From: Eledone cirrhosa
Taxonomy: Eukaryota
Assembly (NCBI GenBank): GCA_964016885.1
Contig: OZ024741.1
Span: forward strand, 152,830,001-152,894,000
Length of the DNA: 64,000 bases
Direction of reading: 5' to 3'
In this document: in pieces, positions 29,210 to 45,412 of the stretch
Position numbering within the stretch: the first letter of the stretch is position 1
Layout: each line of letters opens with the position of its first letter
Translations under genes and position numbers: made by a program
The notes under the pieces: generated by a model
What the model was told of the DNA's origin: nothing
The model's database searches: none
The model's input: the letters and a program-made list of their open reading frames with translations, nothing else

Positions 29210-29835
29210 ATACTTGGGAAGAGTCATATTGTTGTAATAATATTGCCAGAAATAATAACAGAACACACTCCCTGTTTGGTTGGTTTTTGCTTCTGTATCT
29301 TTTATATCTCCATAGTTAATTTATTCGGTCATCAATGTTTATCATTGATTGACCAACGGTCAAAAATACAGATATAAATACATATATATAATCTAACAAA
29401 GTTCTTTCGTTGCACATCTGCAACATCATCAGTGGCACTATTATATTTCCTCCAATTGTATTGTATGTCTACGCCATTTTTATTTTATCTGTTTATTTAT
29501 TTATTTATTTTGTCTCTGTCTCTGCGTATGCTTTTGCGTGTGTGTATAGTGTTTGGTGTGTGTGTTCGCGTTTGGGTGGCTGTGTTTTGGTTATTGTATT
29601 CTATCTTAGTTTATTAGTGTGTGTTTATATGTGTTTGTTGTTATTGTGCTTGTGTATTTATTTATTTATTTATTTATTTATTTATATTTCTCTTAAGTCA
29701 GTATTGTTTGTTTGGGTGTTGTTGTTATTCCATTCATTTTTTCTGTTTAGCTTTAGCTTTCTAAGCAGTGAGTGTGTTCCGTTATTATTTCTGGCAATAT
29801 CATTACAACAATATGACCCTCCCCAAGTATAACAA
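29205..29835. mobile_element. Non-coding element with ~65 bp inverted ends
   Basis: 29205-29270 is the reverse complement of 29770-29835; the same end occurs at 42443-42520, and a related end at 51728-51751. Confidence 0.65.
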
Positions 29836-29892
29836 TATTTGTTTCGACACACGATTTCATATTAAAGACCTTGCAAAACAAATTCATCGCCG

Positions 29893-33320
<3,428 letters not shown>

Positions 33321-33389
33321 TTGTGTATAATGGTAGCTATGCTAGGTATGCCAAAATTAGCACTCGATATTCAGCAGAGTAGAGTGTAG

Positions 33390-33680
33390 ATAGTATAAAG
33401 AAAACGAAAAATCAGTGATGCATCTGGACATAATTTATTGCGTGTTACAATTGTTTCGCCGGCAGGTAGCTCGAGACATGGTCCTTGTATGGATCTGGCT
33501 GATTCTACGGCTGCAGGTTCTTTCAGACACTGGTATTTCGTGTCTGAAAGAACCTGCAGCCGTAGAATCAGCCAGATCCATACAGGGACCATGTCTCGAG
33601 CTACTTGCCGGCGAAACAATTGTAACACGCAATAAATTAAGTCCAGATGCATCACTGATTTTTCATTTTCTTTATACTAT
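33390..33680. repeat. ~141 bp-arm palindrome carrying an HHR on each strand
   Basis: Arms 33390-33530 and 33540-33680 with a 9 nt spacer. HHR on + at 33539-33629: cgtgt-CTGAAAGA..GAAAC-aatt-GTA-acacg, then AATAAA. Confidence 0.9.
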
Positions 33681-33687
33681 ATATATA

Positions 33688-33823
33688 TATTTATTAAAAT
33701 AACAGATGAAAGTTTAAGCAAAGAATCGCTGCTTTCACCCTTAACGGGATCTTCTGAAAGATCCCGTTAAGGGTGAAAGCAGCGATTCTTTGCTTAAACT
33801 TTAATCTGTTATTTTAATAAATA
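33688..33823. repeat. ~65 bp-arm palindrome with a partial HHR-like core
   Basis: Centred near 33755; CTGAAAGA-tccc gttaa gggt-GAAA. Another fragment of this family lies at 6252-6290. Confidence 0.8.
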
Positions 33824-33907
33824 TTTGCTCTACGGTTCTTATATATTTGATATGTATTTATCCTTATCGAGCCCCCTTTGGATTTTAGTCTTCATATTTA
33901 TTATTAT

Positions 33908-33953
<46 letters not shown>

Positions 33954-34145
33954 CGGCGATGAATTTCTTTTGCAAGGTTTTTGATATGAAATGAGGACGT
34001 TTCTTGTATTCGTCTTATTCGGGAAACCTCTGGTAATGAGGTAATTATATTGTATTGTTTATTATACATTAAATTTAGCTCTGTAACTTACATAGAGCAC
34101 TCTTCACTCCTATGACTTTTTCAATTTTCAACGGAAACTTCAATA

Positions 34146-34201
<56 letters not shown>

Positions 34202-34242
34202 CGAAACATAAGTCAATTGCATGAACTCATAATCTTTTATTT

Positions 34243-34298
34243 ACTGCTATATATATTTCGATGATAGCCATTGAGTGGCTATGACCTCATCAGGCAGT
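34243..34298 (-). ncRNA. Canonical type I hammerhead ribozyme
   Basis: Minus strand: actgc-CTGATGA-ggtcatagcca ctcaa tggctatcatc-GAAA-tatat-ATA-gcagt, then AATAAA; a weak ISYYKPQLN GIY-YIG tail lies upstream (about 34560-34590). Confidence 0.85.
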
Positions 34299-35450
34299 TA
34301 GTCAGTTCTTAGATATGCCAGCTCTGTGTTTATGGTGTTGATGGTATCAGAACCTTGGGACATATGAGCTTGTTAGGAATAATTTAATGTTGTCAGCAGG
34401 AATAATCTTAATCCTCATTGGTCAGTTTGTAGATGCTAGTAGGATTGGTATTTGACCTCAAAGAGGCAGGTGGTGTTGTAAAGTTCAAACCGTCAGGCAA
34501 GATGACAATAATTCCATATGACTGATTTTCACAAAAAGCATTCCTGGTCAGATATATATTCAATTGGGGTTTATAGTATGAAATTCGATACTACAGGTCA
34601 ATCTTAAATTGAAGAATTTATGTGGAGTGGTACTACTGAAATTATGGTTAGAGTAGAATACTAGAAAATTTACAAATAAAAAGACTTATGTTGGTTGGCT
34701 TGCACATACATTCACACCCACCCCCACAGACACACACACACACATCCACACATACAAATTGAGGAATTTATGTGGGGTGATAATACTAAAAATTATGGCA
34801 AGAGTCAAATACTTAGAGAGTTTAGAAATAAAAAGACCTATGTTGGTTGACTTGTACATACACTCACACCTACCCCTTCAGACACACATACACATCTACA
34901 CACACAGATCCATACAGGTGTGTATATATATATATGTACGCACAAGTGCACATATATATACGACAGAGGCCCTCAAATCCAAGTCTAAGGCAGACATAAA
35001 ACTAGGTGGGTGTTATTTTTAAAGAAAAGTAAAGTGGGTATTTGGAAAAGTTATTGTTTAGACTATACAAAGTAGAGTGTGATATATATCTTCACAGCAA
35101 TAGCTTGGGGGCTTTGGAGTTTGGGCGAATCCCTTAGTACACATACACTTTTATACCTCTGGATGCGTGTATGTCTATATACACATGTGCACTCATACAA
35201 GAGAGCATATACAAACATACTCCTAAGCATACACTTGAACATTTTTCAAATGCAACCTGGGGTAATAGTATTTCGTTGCGTTCGCATAAGTGTGTACACT
35301 CACGCAATCCCAGTGTACACACACTATGTACGGTTGCGGGCACTCATTTATGTGTATGGTGTTATTACCTTGGTATGATTGTTCTTCCTGTGTGGGCCAC
35401 TTCCGGGTGGGAGGGGTTCCTCAGGTGCAATAAACGAGGTTTTGTTGCCT

Positions 35451-35525
<75 letters not shown>

Positions 35526-35529
<4 letters not shown>

Positions 35530-36133
35530 AAAAGAATGAAACGAAATTTCATTTCTCACTCTTAGTACGGCTGATACCTAAATATAAGTATGTATACGTA
35601 TATACATATATGTGTACAGACGCACAGTAGTATGTATATATATATACATACATGCACACATATATATATGTACGTATGGGTTTACCGAACATTTATTATA
35701 ATGTTCGGTTTGTTTGTAAACAAACAGCCCGAATAGTTACGCCGTACAGTGCTTGGCAACCATCGTCGCCCTTTTGTTCAACACTGACACAGGAACGATG
35801 TACTAGTTTCAAGCTTATAAGCTATCGTGAGCATCGTATACCTTTCTGTCAGATGATTGAAAGTTTGAAAGTATATACTTTCCTTATGCATATTAACGGC
35901 TGAGCAACCTAATTTGCATATCGAGTGAGTTAGTCGGCCGGGCATACCGAAAACGATAAATGGAAAAGAATGAAACGAAATTTCATTTATCACTCTTACT
36001 ACGGCTGATACCTAAATATAAGTATGTATACGTACATACATATATTTGTACAGACGCACAGTAGTATGTATATATATACATACATGCGATAAATGGAAAA
36101 GAATGAAACGAAATTTCATTTTTCACTCTTAGT
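35526..36133 (-). mobile_element. HHR family C, ~434 bp unit in partial tandem (HHR 35795-35837, core G5>C)
   Basis: atggaaaagaatgaaacg recurs at 35526, 35960 and 36093. Minus strand: acgatg-CTCACGA-tagct/agctt-GAAAC-ta-GTA-catcgt. Confidence 0.75.
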
Positions 36134-36264
36134 ACTGTGGTTACCTTCGATTCCGGGTTGAATCGGAGGTAACCACAGTAAGGTACTCAATACATAGCAG
36201 AGTATAAAAGTTTTAATACAGAAGAGCTTCTACTGTTTCATTCGTGAGAAATCATCAAGAAGCT
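36134..36264 (-). mobile_element. HHR family B copy (HHR 36225-36264) with terminal hairpin
   Basis: Minus strand: agcttc-TTGATGA-tttctcacgaat-GAAAC-a-GTA-gaagct. Confidence 0.7.
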
Positions 36265-36474
36265 GGCTGTCCACGTAAATGGTAGTATTTATGTATTTCC
36301 TTATCTAGTGGTAGGAGGGGTGGGGATTGGGATGGGTGTAGGTCATTGGTTGAAGGATTTAAAGAAAGGGGATTCATTAAAAGCTAATTCTTTCAAGCTA
36401 TAATATTAACAAAGGCAGAAAGAATACTGTAAACAAGTTCAAAATTGGAATACCAAAATTGGAATATATATATA

Positions 36475-36576
36475 ATGAAGGAAGTGTGGTAAGAAACCAG
36501 TTTGACCATAACGCACCAGAGTACTCGATACTTTGGGTAGTAGAGTGGGTAATAGGAAAAGGGTCCTGACCCTTTT

Positions 36577-36580
<4 letters not shown>
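36475..36580 (-). mobile_element. HHR family A 3' fragment with fold-back end
   Basis: Reverse complement of 3730-3820; hairpin ataggaaaagggtc-ct-gacccttttcctat. Confidence 0.75.
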
Positions 36581-36650
<70 letters not shown>

Positions 36651-36654
<4 letters not shown>

Positions 36655-37415
36655 TAAAGTGGTCCTTCATCAGTGATCTTCCAACCATCATCGGTATTTC
36701 TTCGCTTTAAAGACCATATATCTCCGGTTGGTGCGAGCAGCGGCTAAAGAAAGTCGTTGGGACACGTAAATAAAGGGAACAGCGAGAGTGTAAACAAACA
36801 AAGATGGTGAAGCAACGAAAAATGAGGAAGAACGAGTCAAGTCCCAAATTTCCATGAATATAAGTTCGGTGAAATCGTGAACGAGAGAGAATAAAGAGCA
36901 TCAAACCTGGTTGAAATGTGAGCAAGGAAGGAATTCCGTACAGGTCTAACGGGAGGAAGAAGGAGTCTAGTCCGTGAATTCGGTGAACATAAGTTCTGTG
37001 AAATCGTAGACGAGAGAGAGAAAAAAGGCGAACCAGCCTGGCCAAGCGTGCGAAAGAAAAGAATTACGCACAGGTCAAACGGGAAGAAGGAGGAGGAGGA
37101 GAGGTAGTAACAGAGAGTGAGTGAGTGAAGGGTGAGGAAGAGGCTAACAGAGAGTGAGTGAGTGAAGGGTGAGGAAGAGGCTAACAGCGGGGGGAAAAAA
37201 TATGTGTAAATATGAGAATAAACGTGCTGCGGGGTTGCAAATGGGTTACATATGAATAAAGTAGTCCTTCATCAGTGATCTTCCAACCATCATCGGTATT
37301 ACTTCGCTTTAAAGACCATATACCTCCGGTTGGTGCGAGCAACGGCTAAAGAAAGTCGTTGGGACACGTAAATAAAGGGAACAGCGAGAGTGTAAACAAA
37401 CAAAGATGGTGAAGC
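36651..37415. repeat. ~602 bp non-coding unit in partial tandem
   Basis: tgaataaagt..ccttcatcagtgatc occurs at 36651 and 37253; further copy at 54169-54450 and an inverted fragment at 4426-4485. Confidence 0.8.
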
Positions 37416-37599
37416 GTCGTTTTGGAAGCCTCAACAATGCAGATGGGTAAATCTCCGGGTAACAGAATCCGGTGGTGAAGAGAGAGATGTAAGGGAATGT
37501 AGATGAGATGTATAATGTGTAGAGGAACGTAGGAATGAGCGTAAAAAATTAAAATAATAACACGAGCTAGAGTTACCTTGGGAGAGATTTAATTGTCCC

Positions 37600-37760
37600 T
37601 ATATTTCGGAATTATTTAGAGAATTTTATGACAAGCAAAAGAATGGTCAAGAGAAATAGGATGGGAGAATTGTTCTGGTTCAGTGAATATGGCTAGTTCG
37701 CTGGGGTGTCAGAGTTCAGATTTTCTATTGAAATAAAGAAAGTAGACATATGTATGTTTA

Positions 37761-37827
<67 letters not shown>

Positions 37828-38260
37828 GAAGGTGATTCTATTGGTAGAAATGGGGGAGGGAGTTGTGTGTGTGTGTGTATATGGGCGTTATGTGTGTGTG
37901 GGGGGGGGGGGTATGTTAAGATGGAGAGAATATATTTTGTGTGTGTAGGAAAGTGATTCTATTAGTAGAAATGGGGAAGGGAGTTGTGTGTGTGGGGGGG
38001 GGGTTATGTGTGTGTGTATGGGTATTATTGTGTGTGTGGGAGTATGGTTAGCATGTTAAGATGAAGAGAATATATATTGTGTGTGTGTGTGTGTCTGTGT
38101 AGGAAAATGATTCCGTTAGTAGGAATATTTTTGAATGAACATATTTTCCTTACTTATTCGTATTTGTTCTGTTGTATTGTCAGCGCAAACGTATGTTAAG
38201 GTTTATTTAGTTCGGGTTTTTATTTTCTAAAGTAGAAGGTGTTATGTGTGTGTGTATGTG
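37600..38260 (-). mobile_element. Inverted 5' pLTR copy of the second PLE
   Basis: Reverse complement of about 41270-41905. Confidence 0.85.
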
Positions 38261-38344
38261 TTAGACAAATTTAAAATAGAAATATAACTGTTACGATTAA
38301 GAGCCAACTCCAACGAAGAAAAATTCAAGTCACTCGACCAACAG

Positions 38345-41220
38345 ATGGTAACAGAAATCTCAAGGCACTCTGAAGGCCTACTCTATGAAAAAACCTTAAA
38401 ACTTTGGAAAGAAAACTGTGAGGATGAAGAACTAACATCCCTCCAGCGATGGGGAAAAAACGCCACCTGGTTCAACAACTACGAAATGGATTTCAAAAAT
38501 GAACAATATACAGGTAACCCATTTTTAAAACAAATTAAAACTCACACACCACATGCACAACAAATAACAAAAAAAGTAACAAAACGTCCAACATACCCCC
38601 AGCAAAACTATAACGATAATCACAGAACCCATAGACAAAACTATAACCCTACTAACAAAAAACGAAGATCCCCCAACACAAGACAGGACCCGATCCGCAG
38701 ATCACAACCCACACAAAACCTATTCCAGAACCGTAGACCCCTGCCCACACAGAGTCTGTTCCAAAATCGTAGATCCCAACCCACACAAAGGAACAAAATC
38801 TACAACCCGGACTATCAACAAACCGAGCCTCAATACGTCCGAAACTTCTATACAAGACCACACAACAACAGAGGAAATACCATTAGATATAATAATACCG
38901 AAAAAATATTTCAGAAAAATCATTTTTTAGACTAAAGCTACAGGACCCACGACACCCGGTGGCACAAACCGATTTTGAAAAACCGAAAATAATCAACCTT
39001 TCAAATACAAACCTCTCAGCCCAACAAGTAAACATTCTCTCCAAAGGACATTCACACCAACACCACAATACTCTAACCTCAATGAGATAAATGACGATAT
39101 CTCACACTTCTGTAGAAAATTACGTCTCACAGAGGAATTCTTTGACAAGGAGAATAACGACCAATCAATTGTACGGAATAAAAGCAGCTACAACCCAACA
39201 AATGGTAGAAACAGAGTTCTGGACAAATTTTGTGACCACATAGCCACTTTCCCATACCATAAAATACCGCAACCTAAACCCAACACGAGTCGAAGGGAAT
39301 GGGAGATTATCCATGAACTAAAAAACAATACGGACAATATAATTAAGGAAGCGGACAAGAGAAGTAGTGTTGTCATTATGGATGCTGAAAAATATAAAAA
39401 TTCTATGCTCTCTCTCTTACAAAATACTAATTACTATGAAAGAGTAAAAGACTACCAGAAATCAAAAACAATGACCAGATTAAACACACTGATTTGTCGA
39501 TACCAGGAAGACTTAACTAAAAAGGAACGCGATTATTTAAGACATTTTGAATACAAAACCAGCAACCTTTACGGACTTCCGAAGATCTACAAGTGTAAAA
39601 TAATTAACGATGCCTGTAAACAATCCACCTCAGCCTGCGTGAACACACAATACCCCCACAGACCTTAAATTAAGACCAATTGTAGCGGGCCCACAATGTG
39701 AAACACACAGACTGAGCAACTTTATAGACATACTACTAAAACCAATTCTCAAACACATACCAAGCCTTGTAAGAGACTATCTGGACCTCTTAAACCACCT
39801 CCCCAAACATGTCAATAACGATACTATTATTGTGTCTTACGATGTAGTGAATCTCTACACAACGATCCCACACCAATACGGACTACAAGCAAAAGGATTC
39901 TGGCTAGAGAAATATCCCAATGAGATACCTGACAGAATAGAAAAAAGCTTCATCACCGAGGGATTAAAATTTATCTTACAGAACAACTTTTTTTATTTCG
40001 ATGGCAGTACTTGCAAGCAAATATAGGGGGCTGCGATGGGTACAAAATCCGCTCCGACTTATGCCAACTTAGTCATGGCACACTTAGAAGTCCAGATTTA
40101 TGAACAGTCCAAATCAAAATACGGATTGAACTTCCACAAATATTTATCAGAGAATTGGAAACGCTACTTGGATGATTGTCTCATTCTTTGGTCCCACGCA
40201 CTCGACCAACTGAATGATTTCAAAAATTTAATAAACGGCATCAATAACCACATCCAATTCACAATGGAATACAGCCAAGATCAACTCCCATTTCTGGACA
40301 TCTTAATCTTAAAAAAAGACACAAATATTGAAACTGACATACACTACAAACCAACAGATTCCAAACAATACCTGCTATTCACCTCCAACCATCCAAAGCA
40401 CACGAAGACGAACATTCCTTTTAACCTAGCAAGAAGAATTTGCACAATTGTCTCCAATTATGAAACGCGAAATAAAAGACTTCAAGAATTAAAGGAAATT
40501 CTACTCGAAAGATAGTACCCACCATTACTAATAAATAATGGAATAGAAAGGGCTAAAGTAATAGGCATTGATGAATTACGAAAACAGAAACAAATTCAAG
40601 GTACGTCCAATATTCTATCATATATCTCAATACACAACCCAAGAAATGCGGAAGCTTACAACACTATTCACAAGAACATCCCACTACTGAAACAAGACCC
40701 AAGAATGAAAAAAGCCCTTGAAACACACAAAATAATCAAAAGCAAAAGACAACCGAAATCACTGAAAACATTACTCACCAATGCCAAATTACCTACCACA
40801 AACCCACAACCAACTGTCAAAAAATGTGGTCGCTCTAATTGTGTAACCTGCACTCACCTCATTGAGGGCAACACGTATACATTTAAATCAGGACAAAATT
40901 TTGCTGTAAAAAATCACTTCACTTGCTCATCAAAAAATCTAAGTTATGCCATTAAATGTAAAGGATGCAATGAAGATTATATAGGACAAACTAAACTCAC
41001 ACACAGAAATAGAATGACAGTTCATCGCCAACAATTACGAGATCCAACCACGAGACAGATACCACTAAGCGCACATCTAGACATTTGCGCAAGTAATAAG
41101 ACACCCAAATTCCAAGTCTTCCCATTTTACCTTTGCGCTGACAATACAACAGAACAAATACGAATAAATAAGGAAAATATGTTTATTCAAAAATATAGAC
41201 CAGCATTAAATATGGTTTAA
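38345..41220 (+). pseudogene. Penelope-like element (Neptune-like) RT + GIY-YIG, several stops and frameshifts
   Basis: IIKEADK, LYGLPKIYK, LRPIVAGP, SYDVVNLYTTIP, GAAMGTKSAPTYANL, KRYLDDC, LPFLDI, linker CGRSNCVTC, YAIKCKGCNEDYIGQT and FIQKYRPALN. Confidence 0.92.
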
Positions 41221-42355
41221 TATACATTATGTCAACACCATAACATGCTAACCATCCAAACAGACACACACGCACACACATAACCCCTTCTACTTTAGAA
41301 AATAAAAACCCGAACTAAATAAACCTTAACATACGTTTGCACTGACAATACAACAGAACAAATACGAATAAGTAAGGAAAATATGTTCATTCAAAAATAT
41401 TCCTACTAACGGAATCATTTTCCTACACACACACACACACACCCACACACACACACAAAATATATATTCTCTTCATCTTAACATGCTAACCATACTCCCA
41501 CACACACATAACACCCATACACACACACACACACACACACACATAACACCACCCCCCCCATACACACACAACTGCCTCCCCCATTTCTACTAATAGAATC
41601 ACTTTCGTCCACACACACAAAATATATATATTCTCTCCATCTTAACATACTCCCACACACATAACACCCATATACACACACAACTCCCTCCCCCATTTCT
41701 ACCAATAGAATCATCTTCCTATACACACACACACACACACACACATACACAAATAAACATACATATGTCTACTTTCTTTATTTCAATAGAAAATCTGAAC
41801 TCTGACACCCCAGTGAACTAGCCATATTCACTGAACCAGAACAATTCTCCCATCACGTTTCTCTTGACCATTCTCTAAATGGCTACAAAACAAATTCCGA
41901 AATACGGGCGCGAAATTTAATGAACTTGTTCACGTGAGAACCATAATTTCATTTATAACCAATCAGATTACATTTTTTTGGAAAAAGCCTTCGTGGGCCC
42001 CTTTTTTTAAGTAGAAAGTAATTCAAACACTCATATATGAAAAAACAACCTGAGCACACACACACCCGCCCCTTGTTTGAAGAACTTTGTAACGCGAACT
42101 GGCGCAAAATTTATTATACTTATTGACCAACCAATCAAATTACTTCTCTAAAAACCTGGCGTTTCGAGCCACTTTTTTCCATATAAAACAAGTAACATTC
42201 AAAGACCAACCAGATGTGAGAAAAACCACAGACCCTCCATCTCAACTCTACTTTTGAAAAGCAGAAGAACTGCGAAACCGGTAAAGGAACCAAATAAATA
42301 TATATATATTTTTTTTTAAATAAGACTCCAGTTGCATTTTCGATTTCATCTTTTT

Positions 42356-42443
<88 letters not shown>

Positions 42444-42945
42444 TGTTATACTTGGGGAGGGTCATATTTGCGTAATATTGCCAGAATTAATAACAGAACA
42501 CACTCACTGTTTGGTTGGTTTTCGCTTCTCGCGAAATATATATATATACTGAATTGGTCTGTCCCAGTCATTCATTGAGCAACATCGGTGAAGTTGGCAC
42601 CCTTAACTCACAGTTGGGTGTGGATGCATTCATGTATATATGTGTGTGTCCGCATGTATCTGTGTGTTTCTAAATATATTGTTAATAACTCCCTCTGGTC
42701 GAGCAATCTTTGAAGTGTGGGGACAGCTGGAAAGCTTCCATTACTCATACTTCTCGCCTTCTTCACCACCTCTTCTACGGCCTCGATATAAATACCCCCT
42801 CCGTTTCCGTGGTATTTTCTTCGGGGTTATAAGAGGCTTAGCTCTGTTTCTCGACCGTTATATCGCGTGACTATCTCCCCCTCCGCCTTTTGGGATTCTT
42901 TCTCACGTCGTGTAGACGCGTTCTTGAGACTAGTAAAATGAGGTA

Positions 42946-43035
42946 TCCTCTTGATAAGTCGGCAGACCTCGCAAGGACTCTATATCTTTATGATATATTG
43001 TTTTTGTTTATGCCACGAAACTACGTAGTCGAGGA
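42946..43035 (+). ncRNA. Type I hammerhead, U3-A8 core variant
   Basis: tcctc-TTGATAA(42951)-gtcggc..gccac-GAAAC-tacgta-GTC-gagga. Stem III is palindromic (ACTACGTAGT). Confidence 0.75.
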
Positions 43036-43105
43036 ATTTAGGAGCAGTTTAGGTATGATACATTTTATTACTAATTATATCTAAATGTTTCTTCTCTCTT
43101 CATAA

Positions 43106-43140
<35 letters not shown>

Positions 43141-43269
43141 GTGGATACATATATATATAGGTGTCTCTTAATAAGCCGATTAACCTCACAAGGATGATGC
43201 ATTTTTATCATGCAGTAAGTTTCACACGGATCGGCGAAACTGTAGTTGGGACTTTGAAGAAAAAATACC

Positions 43270-44825
43270 CACCTCATTGATGACCCTTTGGAGCTTGGAA
43301 TCATCTGCAAAGATTCTTATGTTGCTTCGCTTGATGATGTCAGTAATATCATTAATGTAGATGATGAAAGGAAGTGGGCCCAACACAATGTCTTGTGGGA
43401 CGCCACTCCTGATATTGGCTGGACTTGATTTTACTCCTTCGACTACAACATGTTGGGCTCTGTCTGTCAGGAAACACTTGATCCTCTGTAGTAACTTTCC
43501 CGAGACACCAATATTGGATAGTTTTTTCAATGGAATTTTATGATCAACCCTGTCAAAGGCCTTGCTGAAATCAAGGTAGATGACATCAGTGTTGGAGCTC
43601 TCTCCCAAAGCTCTCAAAACATCATCAAAGTGATGCAGGAGACGCGTTAGCCAGCCCCTTCCACAACGGAGCCCATGTTGGTTGGAGTTCAGCAGGCCGT
43701 TGCTTTCGAGAAATTGGGTTATTCGTGGTCTCACCACCCTCTCAAATACCTTGATGATATGAGAGGTGAATGAGATCGGACGGTAGTTCACTGCAAGGGA
43801 CTTATTTCCCTTTTTTGAAAACTGGGACAACGGACTGGGACAGTTTTCAGGAATATAGCCAGTATCCATTGAGTTCCTCCACAGATTAGCAAGAGGAAAT
43901 GCAAGTTGGTGTCTACATACCTTCAGGACACAAGCAGGGAACCTATCGGGATCTACTGCTGAATTGTGTCTAGTTTCATTTGTTGCCACTGAGAGATCAG
44001 GGGCGCCAAACGTTATGTCCGATATAGTGTGTTGGGGATTAACATCACTGATACAGCCCAGATCGGCCATATCAGGATTGCTGAAAACGGAGCAGTATTG
44101 TTTCTGCAGTATCTCGCCCATGGTATTGGCATTATCTTGGAGTGTGCCATCTTTATCAACTAGAGGGCCAACAGTGGAGACAGTGACCTTGTGTTTTTTT
44201 CGCAAATGAAAAGAACACTTTGGGGTTGAGTTTGATTTTCTCAATGGCCCACTTCTCTTCAGCTGTTCTTTGGTTATTGATGATGGTCTTCATGCATTGT
44301 TGGAAGCTATATTTATTTGATTCAAGCAGGTCGATAGCCGTCGAATGTGTGTGTTGCTGTTGGCAGTATTTTAATGTGTTAATTTTTTTGTTCGTTCTTT
44401 TTATTTTTCTGATAATAGTTTTTTTCTGTTTTGGGGGATACTGCACTTAATTTTGTTCACAGGTTTTGGTGGGGCGTGCTTTGCACATATATTTGTGACA
44501 GTGTCTACAAAGATCTGCCAGGATGTTTTGATGTTGGTGAAAATGTATGCCTGTGTAAAAGACCAGTCAACATGTCATAGCTCGTTCATGATTGCATCTC
44601 AGTTGGTATTATAGAGATCCATCTCATAGTCTGAGAGAAGGGTTTTTTTCTACTGTAATATTATGTATAGTGTTAGTGTGGTTACTAAACACTAGGTCCA
44701 GAATGTTCTTCTGATGCCTTGTTGATGCAAGGACAAGTTGGGACAAGAAAAACCCATTCATAAAGTCGAGAAGTGACTCAACTGCTTCTTTGTCAGTGGT
44801 TGGGGTTGGAGTGCCTGGCTTCAAA
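43270..44825 (-). pseudogene. CR1/L2-group LINE ORF2 fragment
   Basis: NILDLVFSN, NYRPISFTS, YLDFSKAFDRVDH, SGVPQDIVLGP and IFADDSKL. Confidence 0.88.
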
Positions 44826-44892
44826 CTGTTTATATATATATATATATACCAACTAGAAATAGATTGACATATATATATATATAATTTTTTTT

Positions 44893-45060
44893 TCTATTTT
44901 AGGCACAAGGCCAGCAATTCCCAGTACATTACTGGTACTTTATTTTATCGACGCCGTAAGGATGAAAGGCAAAGTTAACCTCGGCCGGATTTGAACTCGG
45001 ATCGTAAAGGGGCGTAACTATGCTGGAAAGCATGTCCGACCCTCTTCCGATACTGCCAAA
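44893..45060 (-). mobile_element. Meta-core SINE
   Basis: Reverse complement of the 3059-3240 family. Confidence 0.85.
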
Positions 45061-45412
45061 GTTTAACTAGAACTTCAAATATAGATACCTTTTAAAATGA
45101 TTAATCTCCTTTGTATATATTTCTTTAAGTAAGAAATATATTTCACCAATTAATCCGTAAAACACAGTAGTCAAATTCTTGGATGTTCACCAAAGGAGAA
45201 GAAGATAACTATCTGCGTTTACAAAGCAAATGCAAATCTGTGAATGACTCAATTGATTGTTGAGGTAATTCAGTTGAATAGACTCGGCTGCTATTTCTGG
45301 CTGTCGATGGTCCTATTCACGCCACTGAAATGACGTTGTGCAATGTGTGTATTTTTTAAAAAATGCAACACGTGGTTCGAGTCATTCACAGATTTGCATT
45401 TGCTTTGTAAAC

